Source: Patescibacteria group bacterium (GTDB lineage: Bacteria; Patescibacteriota; Patescibacteriia; Patescibacteriales; UBA12465). Taken from it: a stretch of DNA of 64,000 nucleotides. The stretch is taken from positions 93,459 through 157,458 of the forward strand of contig JBBACQ010000001.1 of the NCBI GenBank assembly GCA_041656935.1, given 5' to 3'. Below the pieces are notes generated by a model. That model saw nothing but the letters and a program-made list of their open reading frames with translations. It had not been told where the DNA came from and did not search any database. Of the stretch, positions 45,103 to 54,443 are shown one piece after another. Position numbers and translations under genes: made by a program. Numbering within the stretch: position 1 is the first letter of the stretch; every line of letters begins with the position of its first letter.

Positions 45103-46146
45103 TTATAAATCTAAAACCATCGTTATCTTTTTTAATAATTCTTCATTAGCAAAGAGACTGCCAGCTCCTCGGACCATAGCTGATAATGGATCTTCAACTA
45201 CGATTACCGGAATTTTAGCTGCTTTAGAAATTAATTTATCTAAACCATAAAGCAAGGCTCCGCCTCCACTCAAATACAAACCATGTTCATAAATATCAGC
45301 CACTAATTCTGGCGGAGTTTCTTCTAAGGTTAATTTAATATTCTCAACCATTTTTACAATTGTCTTTTTTATAGCTTCTCTGATTTGACTGTCGGTAATA
45401 GTTATAGCTGTCGGCAATCCGTTAATGAGATCCTTTCCCCTAATTTCCATGGCTCTTTCTTCGGCAAAAGGAATAATTGAAGCTAAATTTATTTTTATTT
45501 TTTCAGCTAATTGTTCTCCAATTAAAACATTAAAATTATCTCTTATATAATCAATAATATTATTATCCAATTCATTTCCAGCTAGTCTAAGGGACTTCCA
45601 AGAAACAACACCTGATAGAGAAATAACAGCAATATCGGTAGTTCCACCACCAATATCAACTATCATGTTAGCTCTAGGACTGTCCACCGGTAACCCGGCT
45701 CCCAAGGCGGCCGCCATGACTTCTTCGATTAAATAGACCTTACGAGCTCCAGCTGATTTAGCCGCGTCTTCAACCGCTTTTTTTTCTACTTCAGTGATGT
45801 CTAAGGGGATACCAATAATAACTCGGGGACGAGGTAAAAAAGAAAAGCCCTCGCCATGGACTTTATTAATAAAATGTTTAAGCATTTTTTCGGTTATTTC
45901 AAAATCAGAAATAACCCCATCAACTAAGGGTTTAATGGCCTGAATATGACTAGGTGTCTTCCCAACCATTTTTTTAGCATCATGACCGATTTCTAAAATT
46001 TCAGTAGTTTTGGTGTTAATAGCTACTACACTAGGCTCATTAACTACAATTCCTTTTTTATCAACATAAACTAAGGTGTTTTTAGTGCCTAAATCAACGG
46101 CAATATCGTAACCAAAGCTTCCAATTTTTTTGAAAATATTAAACAT
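45103..46146 (-). CDS. mreB: rod-shape-determining protein MreB
   Basis: IAVDLGTKNTLVY..NEPSVVA...IVDIGGGTTDIAVISLSG...YLSGGGALL; heads the mreBCD operon. Confidence 0.9.
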   Translation of the reverse strand: MFNIFKKIGSFGYDIAVDLGTKNTLVYVDKKGIVVNEPSVVAINTKTTEILEIGHDAKKMVGKTPSHIQAIKPLVDGVISDFEITEKMLKHFINKVHGEGFSFLPRPRVIIGIPLDITEVEKKAVEDAAKSAGARKVYLIEEVMAAALGAGLPVDSPRANMIVDIGGGTTDIAVISLSGVVSWKSLRLAGNELDNNIIDYIRDNFNVLIGEQLAEKIKINLASIIPFAEERAMEIRGKDLINGLPTAITITDSQIREAIKKTIVKMVENIKLTLEETPPELVADIYEHGLYLSGGGALLYGLDKLISKAAKIPVIVVEDPLSAMVRGAGSLFANEELLKKITMVLDL

Positions 46147-46338
46147 AAATATTTAAAAAATTAAATTTAATTTAGATAAAAACCCTGATATTCGGGATAA
46201 TCCTAATAATCGTACCTAGTTTAGAGAAATTAATTATTCTTATTTAATGACCTATCCTTTTTCTGTTGTTTTTAATAATAAAACACCAAAAAACTCAAAT
46301 AATTTGGTCAGTTAGATACTATTATCATATCTAAAAAA

Positions 46339-46363
46339 AATGCTTTTGTAAATACTAAGCATT
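46339..46363 (-). terminator. rho-independent terminator after ruvA
   Basis: AATGCTT-11 nt-AAGCATT; on the minus strand it is followed by T8. Confidence 0.6.
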
Positions 46364-46419
46364 TTTTCTCCGATTAAACTTAGAATAATAATACTATATA
46401 AAATTAGGTAAAGAAATAT

Positions 46420-46992
46420 TTATTTCGACATCCTTTTAAGAGCCTCTTTTATCTTTTCGCCACTATCAACAATGTTTTTATCTACCTTATTCAAGGCCTC
46501 GCGGGCCTCCGGCAAAGAATAACCTAGGGCCATCAAAGCATCAATTTCATCAGCCGAGCTTCCACTACTAGATAAATCATAATCGCCACCTAGTTTAAAT
46601 AATTTATCCTTTAGTTCTAAAACGACTCTTTCGGCTATTTTTTTGCCAATCCCAGAAACTTTAGTAAGTAAATGGGAATCCCCTCGAACAATCGACTCTT
46701 TAATATCAGATAATTTGGCAATTCCTAAAACTGACAAGGCCGATTTTGGACCAATCCCAGAAATAGAAATGAGTAACTCAAAAAAACTTAATTCTTCTAA
46801 AGTTTTAAAACCATATAAATCTAAGGCTTCTTCTCGAACATACTGATGAGTAAAAATTTCTAATTCTTGGCCAACTTTTAATTCATTTAGAAAATTTTCG
46901 CCAACAAAAACACTATAGCCGATATTATTAACCTCGATTAAAACGGAATTTTTTAATTTAAAGGAAATTTTTCCTTTTAGATATGAAATCAT
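46420..46992 (-). CDS. ruvA: Holliday junction branch-migration complex subunit RuvA
   Basis: MISYLKGKI...GYSVFV...FELLISISGIGPKSALSVL...VSGIGKKIAERVVLELKDK. Confidence 0.9.
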   Translation of the reverse strand: MISYLKGKISFKLKNSVLIEVNNIGYSVFVGENFLNELKVGQELEIFTHQYVREEALDLYGFKTLEELSFFELLISISGIGPKSALSVLGIAKLSDIKESIVRGDSHLLTKVSGIGKKIAERVVLELKDKLFKLGGDYDLSSSGSSADEIDALMALGYSLPEAREALNKVDKNIVDSGEKIKEALKRMSK

Positions 46993-47009
46993 ATTTTTTT
47001 ATTTATGGT

Positions 47010-47083
47010 ACCTCCGGCGAGACATTGCAAAACAATGACGCCCTCTGCGCACCTCCGGCGAGATATTGCAAAGCAATGACGCC
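47010..47083. repeat. GC-rich tandem direct repeat, 41-nt period, 2 units
   Basis: ACCTCCGGCGAGACATTGCAAAACAATGACGCC (47010-42) versus ACCTCCGGCGAGATATTGCAAAGCAATGACGCC (47051-83); 2 mismatches. Confidence 0.85.
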
Positions 47084-47094
47084 CCCCCTACGTC

Positions 47095-47262
47095 ATTCCC
47101 GCGAAAGCGGGAATCCAGGGTTAATCCGAAAAACGAAAAAATACTATTTAAAAATAATTAACTCAATATAAATATTATTATTAAAATTACTATCCAGTTG
47201 GTAAATCAAATCTACAAAAATTTATCAAACATTTTAATAATAGGGATTAACCCTGGATTCCC
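47095..47262. repeat. GAAA-loop hairpin plus perfect 19-bp inverted repeat bracketing an AT-rich spacer
   Basis: ATTCCCGC-GAAA-GCGGGAAT (47095-47114); GGGAATCCAGGGTTAATCC (47109-27) versus GGATTAACCCTGGATTCCC (47244-62). Confidence 0.85.
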
Positions 47263-47372
47263 TTCCCCTCCCGCGTATAAAAATTAACAAACTATTATTG
47301 TGATCTTCTTTGTTTTAATTAATTAAACAAGATCTTATGTAATCAAAATTTTACGCGGTCGGCCGGGAATGA
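47258..47372 (-). repeat. split copy of the 23.1-kb GC-rich element
   Basis: TTCCCTTCCCCTCCCGCGTATA (47258-79) and GCGGTCGGCCGGGAATGA (47355-72) are identical to 23117-38 and 23154-71. Here they are separated by about 75 nt of AT-rich sequence containing its own hairpin. Confidence 0.8.
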
Positions 47373-48614
47373 AGCGGGAATAGTAAATCTTCTTAAAACG
47401 GCTAACTCTGGAATTATTTTGGTAGCTAAAATTTCTAAAATAATCTCCTGGCCACCACCTCCACCATGGGCTTCATTTATCTTTTGTTTAGTTTTAAGAT
47501 CTAACATCTCTTTTAAACCTAATTTTATTATATCATAATTTGGCAAAATTATCTCTACCCGATCTCCAGCTTTAATAGTATTATGAACCTTAATTATTAA
47601 TCTATTTCGATATTTATTACCCTCTTTTTTAGACTGATTTCGAATAACCTGACCACAAAACTCCCAATTTGGAATAAAATGAGAGTTTTCGATATTCTGT
47701 TCCCCCTTTTTACCTAACAAAAAACCAGTAGTGTAACCACGATGAGTTATCTTATTAAATAACTCTTTATACAAAAAATTTATTTTTTTAGGGTTTTCTA
47801 AGGCCTGTTTATAGATACCAACAACATTGGCTAAATAATAAACACTTTTAGCTCGCCCCTCAATTTTAAAACTAGTTATCCCCGCTTTTATCAATTCGGG
47901 TATATTTTTTATTAAACATAAATCTTTTGAATTTAATAAATAAGAACCGTGCTCCTCCTTAACCAGCTCCAATTCTTCGTTCTTGCCCTTGGCTTTGATA
48001 AAAACATCATACTCCCAACGACAAGGTTGGACACAATCGCCTAAATTAGCGCTTCGTTGAATAAAATCTTTAGACAAAAAACAACGCCCCGAATAACTCA
48101 TACACATAGCTCCATGAACAAAATATTCCAATTCCATTTTGGGACATTTTCTATGTATTTCCCCTATCTCTTTCAAGGTCGTTTCCCGCCCTAAAATTAT
48201 CCTTGTAATTCCCTGACTTTGCCAAAACTTAACAGCTTCGTAATTAGTGCAATTAGCCTGAGTTGATAAATGTAAATTAATTTTAGGACAATATTTTCGA
48301 ATTAAATTCAAAATACCCGGATCAGAAAAAATTAAACCATCGGGCTGAAGTTTATTTATTAATTTTAAATATTCAGGTATATTTTCGATATGCTTATTAT
48401 GAGCAAAAATATTTACCGTCACATAAACCTTTTTCTTATTTTCGTGCGCATAATCTATGGCTTCTTTTAAAGATTTAAGAGAAAAATTATTTATTCTAAC
48501 CCTTAAAGAAAAATCAGGAATACCTAAATAAACCGCATCGGCCCCATGAGCTAAAGCGGTTTTCATTTTAATTAAATCTCCAGCTGGAGCTATTAATTCT
48601 ATTTTTTTATTCAT
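47343..48614 (-). CDS. peptidase U32 family protein
   Basis: IELIAPAGDL...GADAVYLG...; E-x-F-x-HGAMC-x-SYSGRC pattern (EYFVHGAMCMSYSGRCF). The last 13 or so codons lie in the GC-rich repeat. Confidence 0.85.
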   Translation of the reverse strand: MNKKIELIAPAGDLIKMKTALAHGADAVYLGIPDFSLRVRINNFSLKSLKEAIDYAHENKKKVYVTVNIFAHNKHIENIPEYLKLINKLQPDGLIFSDPGILNLIRKYCPKINLHLSTQANCTNYEAVKFWQSQGITRIILGRETTLKEIGEIHRKCPKMELEYFVHGAMCMSYSGRCFLSKDFIQRSANLGDCVQPCRWEYDVFIKAKGKNEELELVKEEHGSYLLNSKDLCLIKNIPELIKAGITSFKIEGRAKSVYYLANVVGIYKQALENPKKINFLYKELFNKITHRGYTTGFLLGKKGEQNIENSHFIPNWEFCGQVIRNQSKKEGNKYRNRLIIKVHNTIKAGDRVEIILPNYDIIKLGLKEMLDLKTKQKINEAHGGGGGQEIILEILATKIIPELAVLRRFTIPASFPADRVKF

Positions 48615-48651
48615 ACAATAATAAAAATCAGTCTATCCAAAATCAAAAAAA

Positions 48652-49701
48652 TTATTTTTTATAAAGAATCTCCGATTCCTCAAAATAATTTCTATTATTA
48701 AAATAATTATTTGTTTTATTTATAATTTTTCTCATCATCGCTACTGTCTCCACTGGATAAGCTCCCACCGCCGTCTCGTCCGACAACATTAAAGCATCAG
48801 CTCCATCAAAAATAGCATTAGCCACATCACTAACTTCGGCTCTGGTCGGTCGATAATAATCCACCATCGAGGCCATCATTTGAGTGGCTACAATAGCTGG
48901 TTTATTATGCCAATGAGCGTGTCTAACTAGGTTTTTTTGAATAATCGGTAAATCTTCTAACGGAACTTCAATCCCTAAATCACCCCGAGCAATCATAATA
49001 GCATCAGAGACCTTAATGATATCATCAATATTCCTCAAAGCAATCTCTCTTTCTATTTTTGAAATTATTTTTATTTTATCATTATCTAATTTCTTTTTAA
49101 CTTGTAGAATGTCGTTTGAATTTTGCACAAAAGACACCGCCACAAAATCAGGCGGATTTTTTTTAGCAAATTCAATATCTAATAGATCTTTAGCCGTAAG
49201 AATATCTCTATTAAAAACCGTATTAGGAACATTAACTCCTTTGCGAGATAATAAGGGGCCCCCTCGCTCTACTTTAGCCATAAACTTTTTTCCTAATAAA
49301 TCTACCTCAATTATTTTCAATTCTATTGAGCCATTGTCTAAAAATAAAAGATCACCCAAAACCAAATCATTTATCAATTCACTATCATCAATTGTAATTT
49401 CTAAATTATCAATATTCCCTTTATTATAAAAAAAGGTATAAATTTCACCTTCACTCATAATAATTTCATGTTTTAGTTTCCCAATTCTAATTCTAGGCCC
49501 CTGTAAATCAAAAATTATTTTAATAGTTATTCCTAACTCTTCTTTTATTTTATCAATGTTCTCTTTAATCTTATAATACTGCTCATATTTAGCATGAGAA
49601 AAGTTTAACCTAATAATATCTAAGCCACTTAAAGCCATCGACTTTAAAATATTATAATCCTCAGATTTAGGGCCAACTGTTGCAATTATTTTAGTATCCA
49701 T
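48652..49701 (-). CDS. pyk: pyruvate kinase, short form lacking the C-terminal domain
   Basis: TKIIATVGP...IIRLNFSH...GPRIRIG...IMIARGDLGIE...ATQMM.SM. 349 aa. Confidence 0.85.
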   Translation of the reverse strand: MDTKIIATVGPKSEDYNILKSMALSGLDIIRLNFSHAKYEQYYKIKENIDKIKEELGITIKIIFDLQGPRIRIGKLKHEIIMSEGEIYTFFYNKGNIDNLEITIDDSELINDLVLGDLLFLDNGSIELKIIEVDLLGKKFMAKVERGGPLLSRKGVNVPNTVFNRDILTAKDLLDIEFAKKNPPDFVAVSFVQNSNDILQVKKKLDNDKIKIISKIEREIALRNIDDIIKVSDAIMIARGDLGIEVPLEDLPIIQKNLVRHAHWHNKPAIVATQMMASMVDYYRPTRAEVSDVANAIFDGADALMLSDETAVGAYPVETVAMMRKIINKTNNYFNNRNYFEESEILYKK

Positions 49702-49725
49702 TTTTATATTATTAATTATTTAAAT

Positions 49726-50625
49726 TTAACTTTGAATCCCTCGTAGAGCTCTAATCCGATCCTCTACTGGTGGATGAGTCATAAAAGCCTTAGCTAAAAA
49801 ACCCTTTTTATTTTTCTCTTTTAAGGGAGAAGCAATATAGAGATGCGCGGTAGCCCGATTAACGGCCCTGAGTTTATTAGGATCAGCTGAAATTTTTTCC
49901 AAAGCTCGCGCTAAGCCTTCGGGATAACGAGTTATAAGAGCCCCGTCAGCGTCAGCCAAAAATTCTCTTTTACGAGAAATAGCAAATTGCATAATATAGG
50001 CAAATAATGGAGATAAAATAGATAAAATTATTGCAACTATGATAATAATAGCTCCCCCTTTATTATTATCACGAGATCGGCCCGCCCCCGAATAGAAAGC
50101 CCAACGACGAAACCAATCGGCCAGCAAGACTATCATCCCTACCAAAACTGTTGTTAAGGTGGCAATTAAAATATCATAATTTTTAACATGCGAAAGCTCA
50201 TGGGCTATTACTCCTTCTAACTCAGTTCTATCTAATTTATCTAAAAGTCCAGTTGTCACCGCTACTACCGCTTTTTGAGGATTTCTACCGGTAGCGAAAG
50301 CATTAGGGGCTGGATCATTAATAATATAAATTCGAGGTAAAGGTAATCCAACAGCGATACAAAGATTTTCAACTAATCGATAAAGTTCTTTATTGTCTTC
50401 GAATTTTAATTCTTTAGCATTGCTCATTTTTAAAACAATTTTATCACTAAACCAATAAGCGATAAAAGAAGAAAGAACACTAAAGAAAACAACAATATAA
50501 AGAATAGTTGAACTGGCGAAAGCTAAGCTAAAAAAATAACCAATTAGTATAGTAATGATTAAAAAACCAGAAAAAAGAAACCAAGTTTTTCTCTTATTAG
50601 AATCACTGTGATTATATAAAGTCAT
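49726..50625 (-). CDS. htpX: M48-family zinc metalloprotease HtpX
   Basis: NAFATG...GVIAHELSHVKNYD...EFLADADGA. Confidence 0.9.
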   Translation of the reverse strand: MTLYNHSDSNKRKTWFLFSGFLIITILIGYFFSLAFASSTILYIVVFFSVLSSFIAYWFSDKIVLKMSNAKELKFEDNKELYRLVENLCIAVGLPLPRIYIINDPAPNAFATGRNPQKAVVAVTTGLLDKLDRTELEGVIAHELSHVKNYDILIATLTTVLVGMIVLLADWFRRWAFYSGAGRSRDNNKGGAIIIIVAIILSILSPLFAYIMQFAISRKREFLADADGALITRYPEGLARALEKISADPNKLRAVNRATAHLYIASPLKEKNKKGFLAKAFMTHPPVEDRIRALRGIQS

Positions 50626-50699
50626 ATTTACTAAAAATCCAACTTAAAGAATTAAGTTAGATTATTATTTAAATCTATTTCTATTTTAAATTTATATTT

Positions 50700-50849
50700 T
50701 TAATTAAAAAAATATTTGTAAGCCAAAAAAACAACTACCCCGCCAACCACTACCAAGGCTAATATTGGCCACAGCAAAGATGAACTACTAGCAGTTGCCG
50801 GCTCTGATACCGAAATAAAATTTATTCCAAAACTTTTATCAGGTGACAT
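50700..50849 (-). CDS. possible 49-aa single-pass membrane protein
   Basis: Below the track cutoff. Hand translation gives MSPDKSFGINFISVSEPATASSSSLLWPILALVVVGGVVVFLAYKYFFN*. The ATG is 5 nt after the lemA stop, and the segment is locally GC-richer than the flanks. Confidence 0.35.
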   Translation of the reverse strand: MSPDKSFGINFISVSEPATASSSSLLWPILALVVVGGVVVFLAYKYFFN

Positions 50850-50854
50850 AAAAA

Positions 50855-51421
50855 TTAAAATTTAACTTCAATATTTTCTCTCTGGGAAGATTCTTCTATT
50901 TCAAAAAACATACGAGAAGAGAAACCTAATTGTTTAGCAATTATATTAGTCGGGAAAACTTCTATCTTAGTATTAAAATCCTTGACGTTACTGTTATAAA
51001 AACGACGAGAAGCCTGAATTTTATTCTCAGTATCAGATAATTCTTTTTGTAATTCCAAGAAATTTTGGTTAGCTTTTAAATCAGGGTAACCTTCACTAAG
51101 AGCAAAAATTGATTTTAAAGTTGAAGACAAGGTATTCTCGGCTTGTAACTTTCCCTCAATGTCAGAACTATTTTGCATCGACATAGCCGAATTTCTAGCT
51201 TGAATTACTTTTTCTAAGGTTTCTCTTTCATGCCCAGCATATCCTTTAACGGTTTCAATTAAATTAGGAATTAAATCGTAACGTCTTTTAAGCTGAACAT
51301 CAATATCGCTCCAAGCTTCATCAACTCGATTTTTTAAACGAATTAATCCATTATACATGGAGATAATCATGACGATCAAGACAAAAAGGATCGCTAAAAT
51401 TATCCATAAAAATAAAGACAT
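50855..51421 (-). CDS. lemA: LemA family protein
   Basis: N-terminal TM, then YNGLIRLKNRVDEAWSDIDVQLKRRYDLIPNL...RRFYN. Confidence 0.9.
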   Translation of the reverse strand: MSLFLWIILAILFVLIVMIISMYNGLIRLKNRVDEAWSDIDVQLKRRYDLIPNLIETVKGYAGHERETLEKVIQARNSAMSMQNSSDIEGKLQAENTLSSTLKSIFALSEGYPDLKANQNFLELQKELSDTENKIQASRRFYNSNVKDFNTKIEVFPTNIIAKQLGFSSRMFFEIEESSQRENIEVKF

Positions 51422-51496
51422 AATTTTAAAAGTTAATTATAAACTGATTTTATTATAGCAAAAATTAGCCTAAAAGACAAACCGAAAAAAGAAAAA

Positions 51497-54430
51497 TTAA
51501 GAACTACTATCTAAACCAATAAACAAAGATTCATTGTCAATTTTAAACTCCTGCTTGTCTATTTTCTCTAATATCTCTCCCAAAACTACATCAGAACTAG
51601 AGGTTTCCTTTTTAATCTCCTCTTTAAATTTATCTAAAACCTCAGATATGAAAGAATTATTAGATTGAATAATAACTTTAGCTTGATCGTTAATAGATAA
51701 ACTTAAATCCTTCCTCCTTAAGTTTATGAAACGAACCAACTCTCTTTTAATCCCCTCTAATTTTAATTCCGGACTTATATTAAGATCAAGTTCCACTCTA
51801 ACATCACCCTCTTCTTCAACGGTCTCAATCTTTTTAATATTTAACTCCTCAACCACTAAATCTAAATATTCTTTATGCTCCGTTATTTTTAAACCCTTAG
51901 CAAAAACTTGAGCTTGGCCTAAAATCTGTCTAACTTTAATCCCAGCCTTATCACGCTCAGCTAAACCTAATTCTACAACCTTTCTAACTTCAATCATTTT
52001 TTCTATAACCTCATCAGCTTGAACATCAACCTGATAACTCGGCCAATCTTCTAAATGAACACTCTTATCTTTTTCTGAATAATTATAGCCACTAATCTTT
52101 TGCCATAAATCTTCGGCGATAAACGGCATAAATGGAGCCATTACTTTAGCCAGATTTAAAAAGACAAAACGCATCGTTGATAAGGCCATTAATTTATCAT
52201 TGTCATCAGCACCTTTCAGCCGATCACGACTGCGACGTAAATACCAAGTAGAAAATTCATCGATAAATTCAGTTATCGGACGCATGGATTTATTTAAATT
52301 ATAATTAGACATCGCCGTTTCTACTTCTTCAATCAATTTATTTATTTTTACTAAAATCCATTTATCTAAAACATTTTGGCTCTCTTGATGCTTATTCCAA
52401 AAATCTTCGACTAAACTTTCAGCATACATTTGATAAAAATTATAAATATTATTTAAGAGCATTATATTTTTTCTAAGCGCCTCTTCTACCCCCTTTTCAG
52501 AAAAATTTAAATTTTCCGCCTGAGCTACTGGTGATGATAATAAATAGGCTCGTAAAGAATCAGCCCCATATTTATCAATAATCAACATTGGGTCAGGATA
52601 ATTCTTTAATCTTTTACTCATTTTTTTACCATCTTCCGCCAAAACAATCCCATTTACAACTACGTTTTTATAAGCATGACTACTTTTAACTCCGCCCGAA
52701 ATAACATGCAAATAATAAAACCAAGTTCGAGTTTGATCAACTCCCTCAGCGATAAATTCCGCTGGAAAATTTTTCTCAAACTTTTCCTTATTACTAAAAG
52801 GATAATGAAATTGAGCGTAAGGCATAGACCCGCTCTCAAACCAACAATCAAGAACATCCGGAATTCTCTTCATCGAACCCGAGCAAGTAGGACAAGGGAA
52901 AGAAATTCTATCAACTACATCCTTGTGAATATCAGTTATTTTCTGACCACTTAAACCCTCCAACTCTTCAACGCTACCAATAACTTTCCGCTCGCCACAA
53001 GAACACTCCCAAACTGGCATAGCGCTAGCCCAAAACCGCTGACGAGAAATTGACCAATCACGGGCTCCTTCCAACCAATTACCAAATCTTCCCTTTTTTA
53101 AATGACTAGGAGACCAATTAATATTTTCCGCTGATTTCAAAAGCTGGTCTTTTATTTTACTCACCGCCACAAACCAAGAAGTAGTAGCATAATTTATTAA
53201 AGGAGTTTCACAGCGCCAACAATGCGGATAACTGTGCTCATATTTTTCCTTAGAGAAAAGAAGATTTTCTTTGGCTAAGTATTTAATAATTTCAATATCA
53301 GTTGACATATGATCGCCACTGGGCTTAACATTTAAACCTTTAAAATCAGATACTTTGTCTTTGAAAGAACCATCAATATTAACATGCTGAATAAAGGGCA
53401 ATTTCTTTTCTTTTCCTAAATTCATATCATCTTGACCAAAGGCTGGCGCAATATGAACTACCCCAGTTCCATCTTCAGTGGTAACAAAATCAGCCGAATA
53501 AATTTTCCAAGCATTTTCTTTATTAATTAATTTTTCATCATCAAGATAATAATTAAATAAAGGTTTATAGGACTTCCCTAATAATTTAGACCCCTTAAAT
53601 TCTTCTTCTATTTTATATTCCCTATCCTTTAAAATATCAGTTAATCTTTCCTTGGCTAAAATATATTTTTGGATAACTCCGTCTTCCTTGGTATGAGAAG
53701 TTTTTACATAATCAATATCTTCCCCTACCGCTAAAGCAGTATTACCAATCAAGGTCCAAGGAGTCGTCGTCCAAGCCAAAACAAAGGTCTCCGGCTCAGC
53801 TACTAATTCAAATTTAGCTGTACAAGACAAATCTTTAATATCTTCATAACCCTCGGCCACTTCTGATTGCGACAAAGTGGTTTCACAACGCGGACAAACA
53901 TGCATCGAACGATAATCTTTATAAATTAAATCCCTATCCCATAATTGTTTAAATACCCACCAAATTGATTCCATAAAAGAAAGATCCATCGTATGATAGG
54001 CGTTTTTTTTATCAACAAAACGGCCTAGTTTATCGGAAGTTTTATACCACTCTTCAGCATATTCTAAAACCTTAGAACGACAAGTTTTATTAAACTTTTC
54101 TATCCCAATTTTTTCAATATCTTTTTTAGTTTTAATTCCTAACTCTTTCTCCACTATATTTTCAATCGGCAAACCATGACAATCCCAACCCCATTTTCTT
54201 TCTACCCGATAACCCTTCATGGTAAAAAATCTTGGAAAAACATCTTTCATAATTTGACCAATAATATGACCATAATGTGGTGTCCCGGTAGCGAAGGGTG
54301 GGCCATCATAAAAAACATAATCTCCCTGAGGGGCAGATTTATAAATTGATTTTTGAAAAATTTGATTTCTCTCCCAAAAATCTAAAACCTGATCTTCCAT
54401 CTTAACTTTTTGTTCTTCTGTTTTATTCAT
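51497..54430 (-). CDS. ileS: isoleucine--tRNA ligase (type 2-like)
   Basis: YDGPPFATGTPHYGHI (HIGH), KMSKRLKN (KMSKS), CP1 editing region. Confidence 0.95.
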   Translation of the reverse strand: MNKTEEQKVKMEDQVLDFWERNQIFQKSIYKSAPQGDYVFYDGPPFATGTPHYGHIIGQIMKDVFPRFFTMKGYRVERKWGWDCHGLPIENIVEKELGIKTKKDIEKIGIEKFNKTCRSKVLEYAEEWYKTSDKLGRFVDKKNAYHTMDLSFMESIWWVFKQLWDRDLIYKDYRSMHVCPRCETTLSQSEVAEGYEDIKDLSCTAKFELVAEPETFVLAWTTTPWTLIGNTALAVGEDIDYVKTSHTKEDGVIQKYILAKERLTDILKDREYKIEEEFKGSKLLGKSYKPLFNYYLDDEKLINKENAWKIYSADFVTTEDGTGVVHIAPAFGQDDMNLGKEKKLPFIQHVNIDGSFKDKVSDFKGLNVKPSGDHMSTDIEIIKYLAKENLLFSKEKYEHSYPHCWRCETPLINYATTSWFVAVSKIKDQLLKSAENINWSPSHLKKGRFGNWLEGARDWSISRQRFWASAMPVWECSCGERKVIGSVEELEGLSGQKITDIHKDVVDRISFPCPTCSGSMKRIPDVLDCWFESGSMPYAQFHYPFSNKEKFEKNFPAEFIAEGVDQTRTWFYYLHVISGGVKSSHAYKNVVVNGIVLAEDGKKMSKRLKNYPDPMLIIDKYGADSLRAYLLSSPVAQAENLNFSEKGVEEALRKNIMLLNNIYNFYQMYAESLVEDFWNKHQESQNVLDKWILVKINKLIEEVETAMSNYNLNKSMRPITEFIDEFSTWYLRRSRDRLKGADDNDKLMALSTMRFVFLNLAKVMAPFMPFIAEDLWQKISGYNYSEKDKSVHLEDWPSYQVDVQADEVIEKMIEVRKVVELGLAERDKAGIKVRQILGQAQVFAKGLKITEHKEYLDLVVEELNIKKIETVEEEGDVRVELDLNISPELKLEGIKRELVRFINLRRKDLSLSINDQAKVIIQSNNSFISEVLDKFKEEIKKETSSSDVVLGEILEKIDKQEFKIDNESLFIGLDSSS

Positions 54431-54443
54431 ATTTTTATTTTAT

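Noticed and set aside
46147-46419. 273-nt gap upstream of mreB as a possible ncRNA or riboswitch
   Set aside because: Apart from the ruvA terminator (46339-63), I could find no stable conserved-looking structure or known motif. It most likely holds promoter and UTR sequence.
46983-47171. 62-aa ORF (…PPARYCKAMTPPLRHSRESGNPG…) in the ruvA-U32 spacer
   Set aside because: It is simply a read-through of the GC-rich tandem repeat and hairpin. It has no RBS, and its sequence is dictated by repeat structure.
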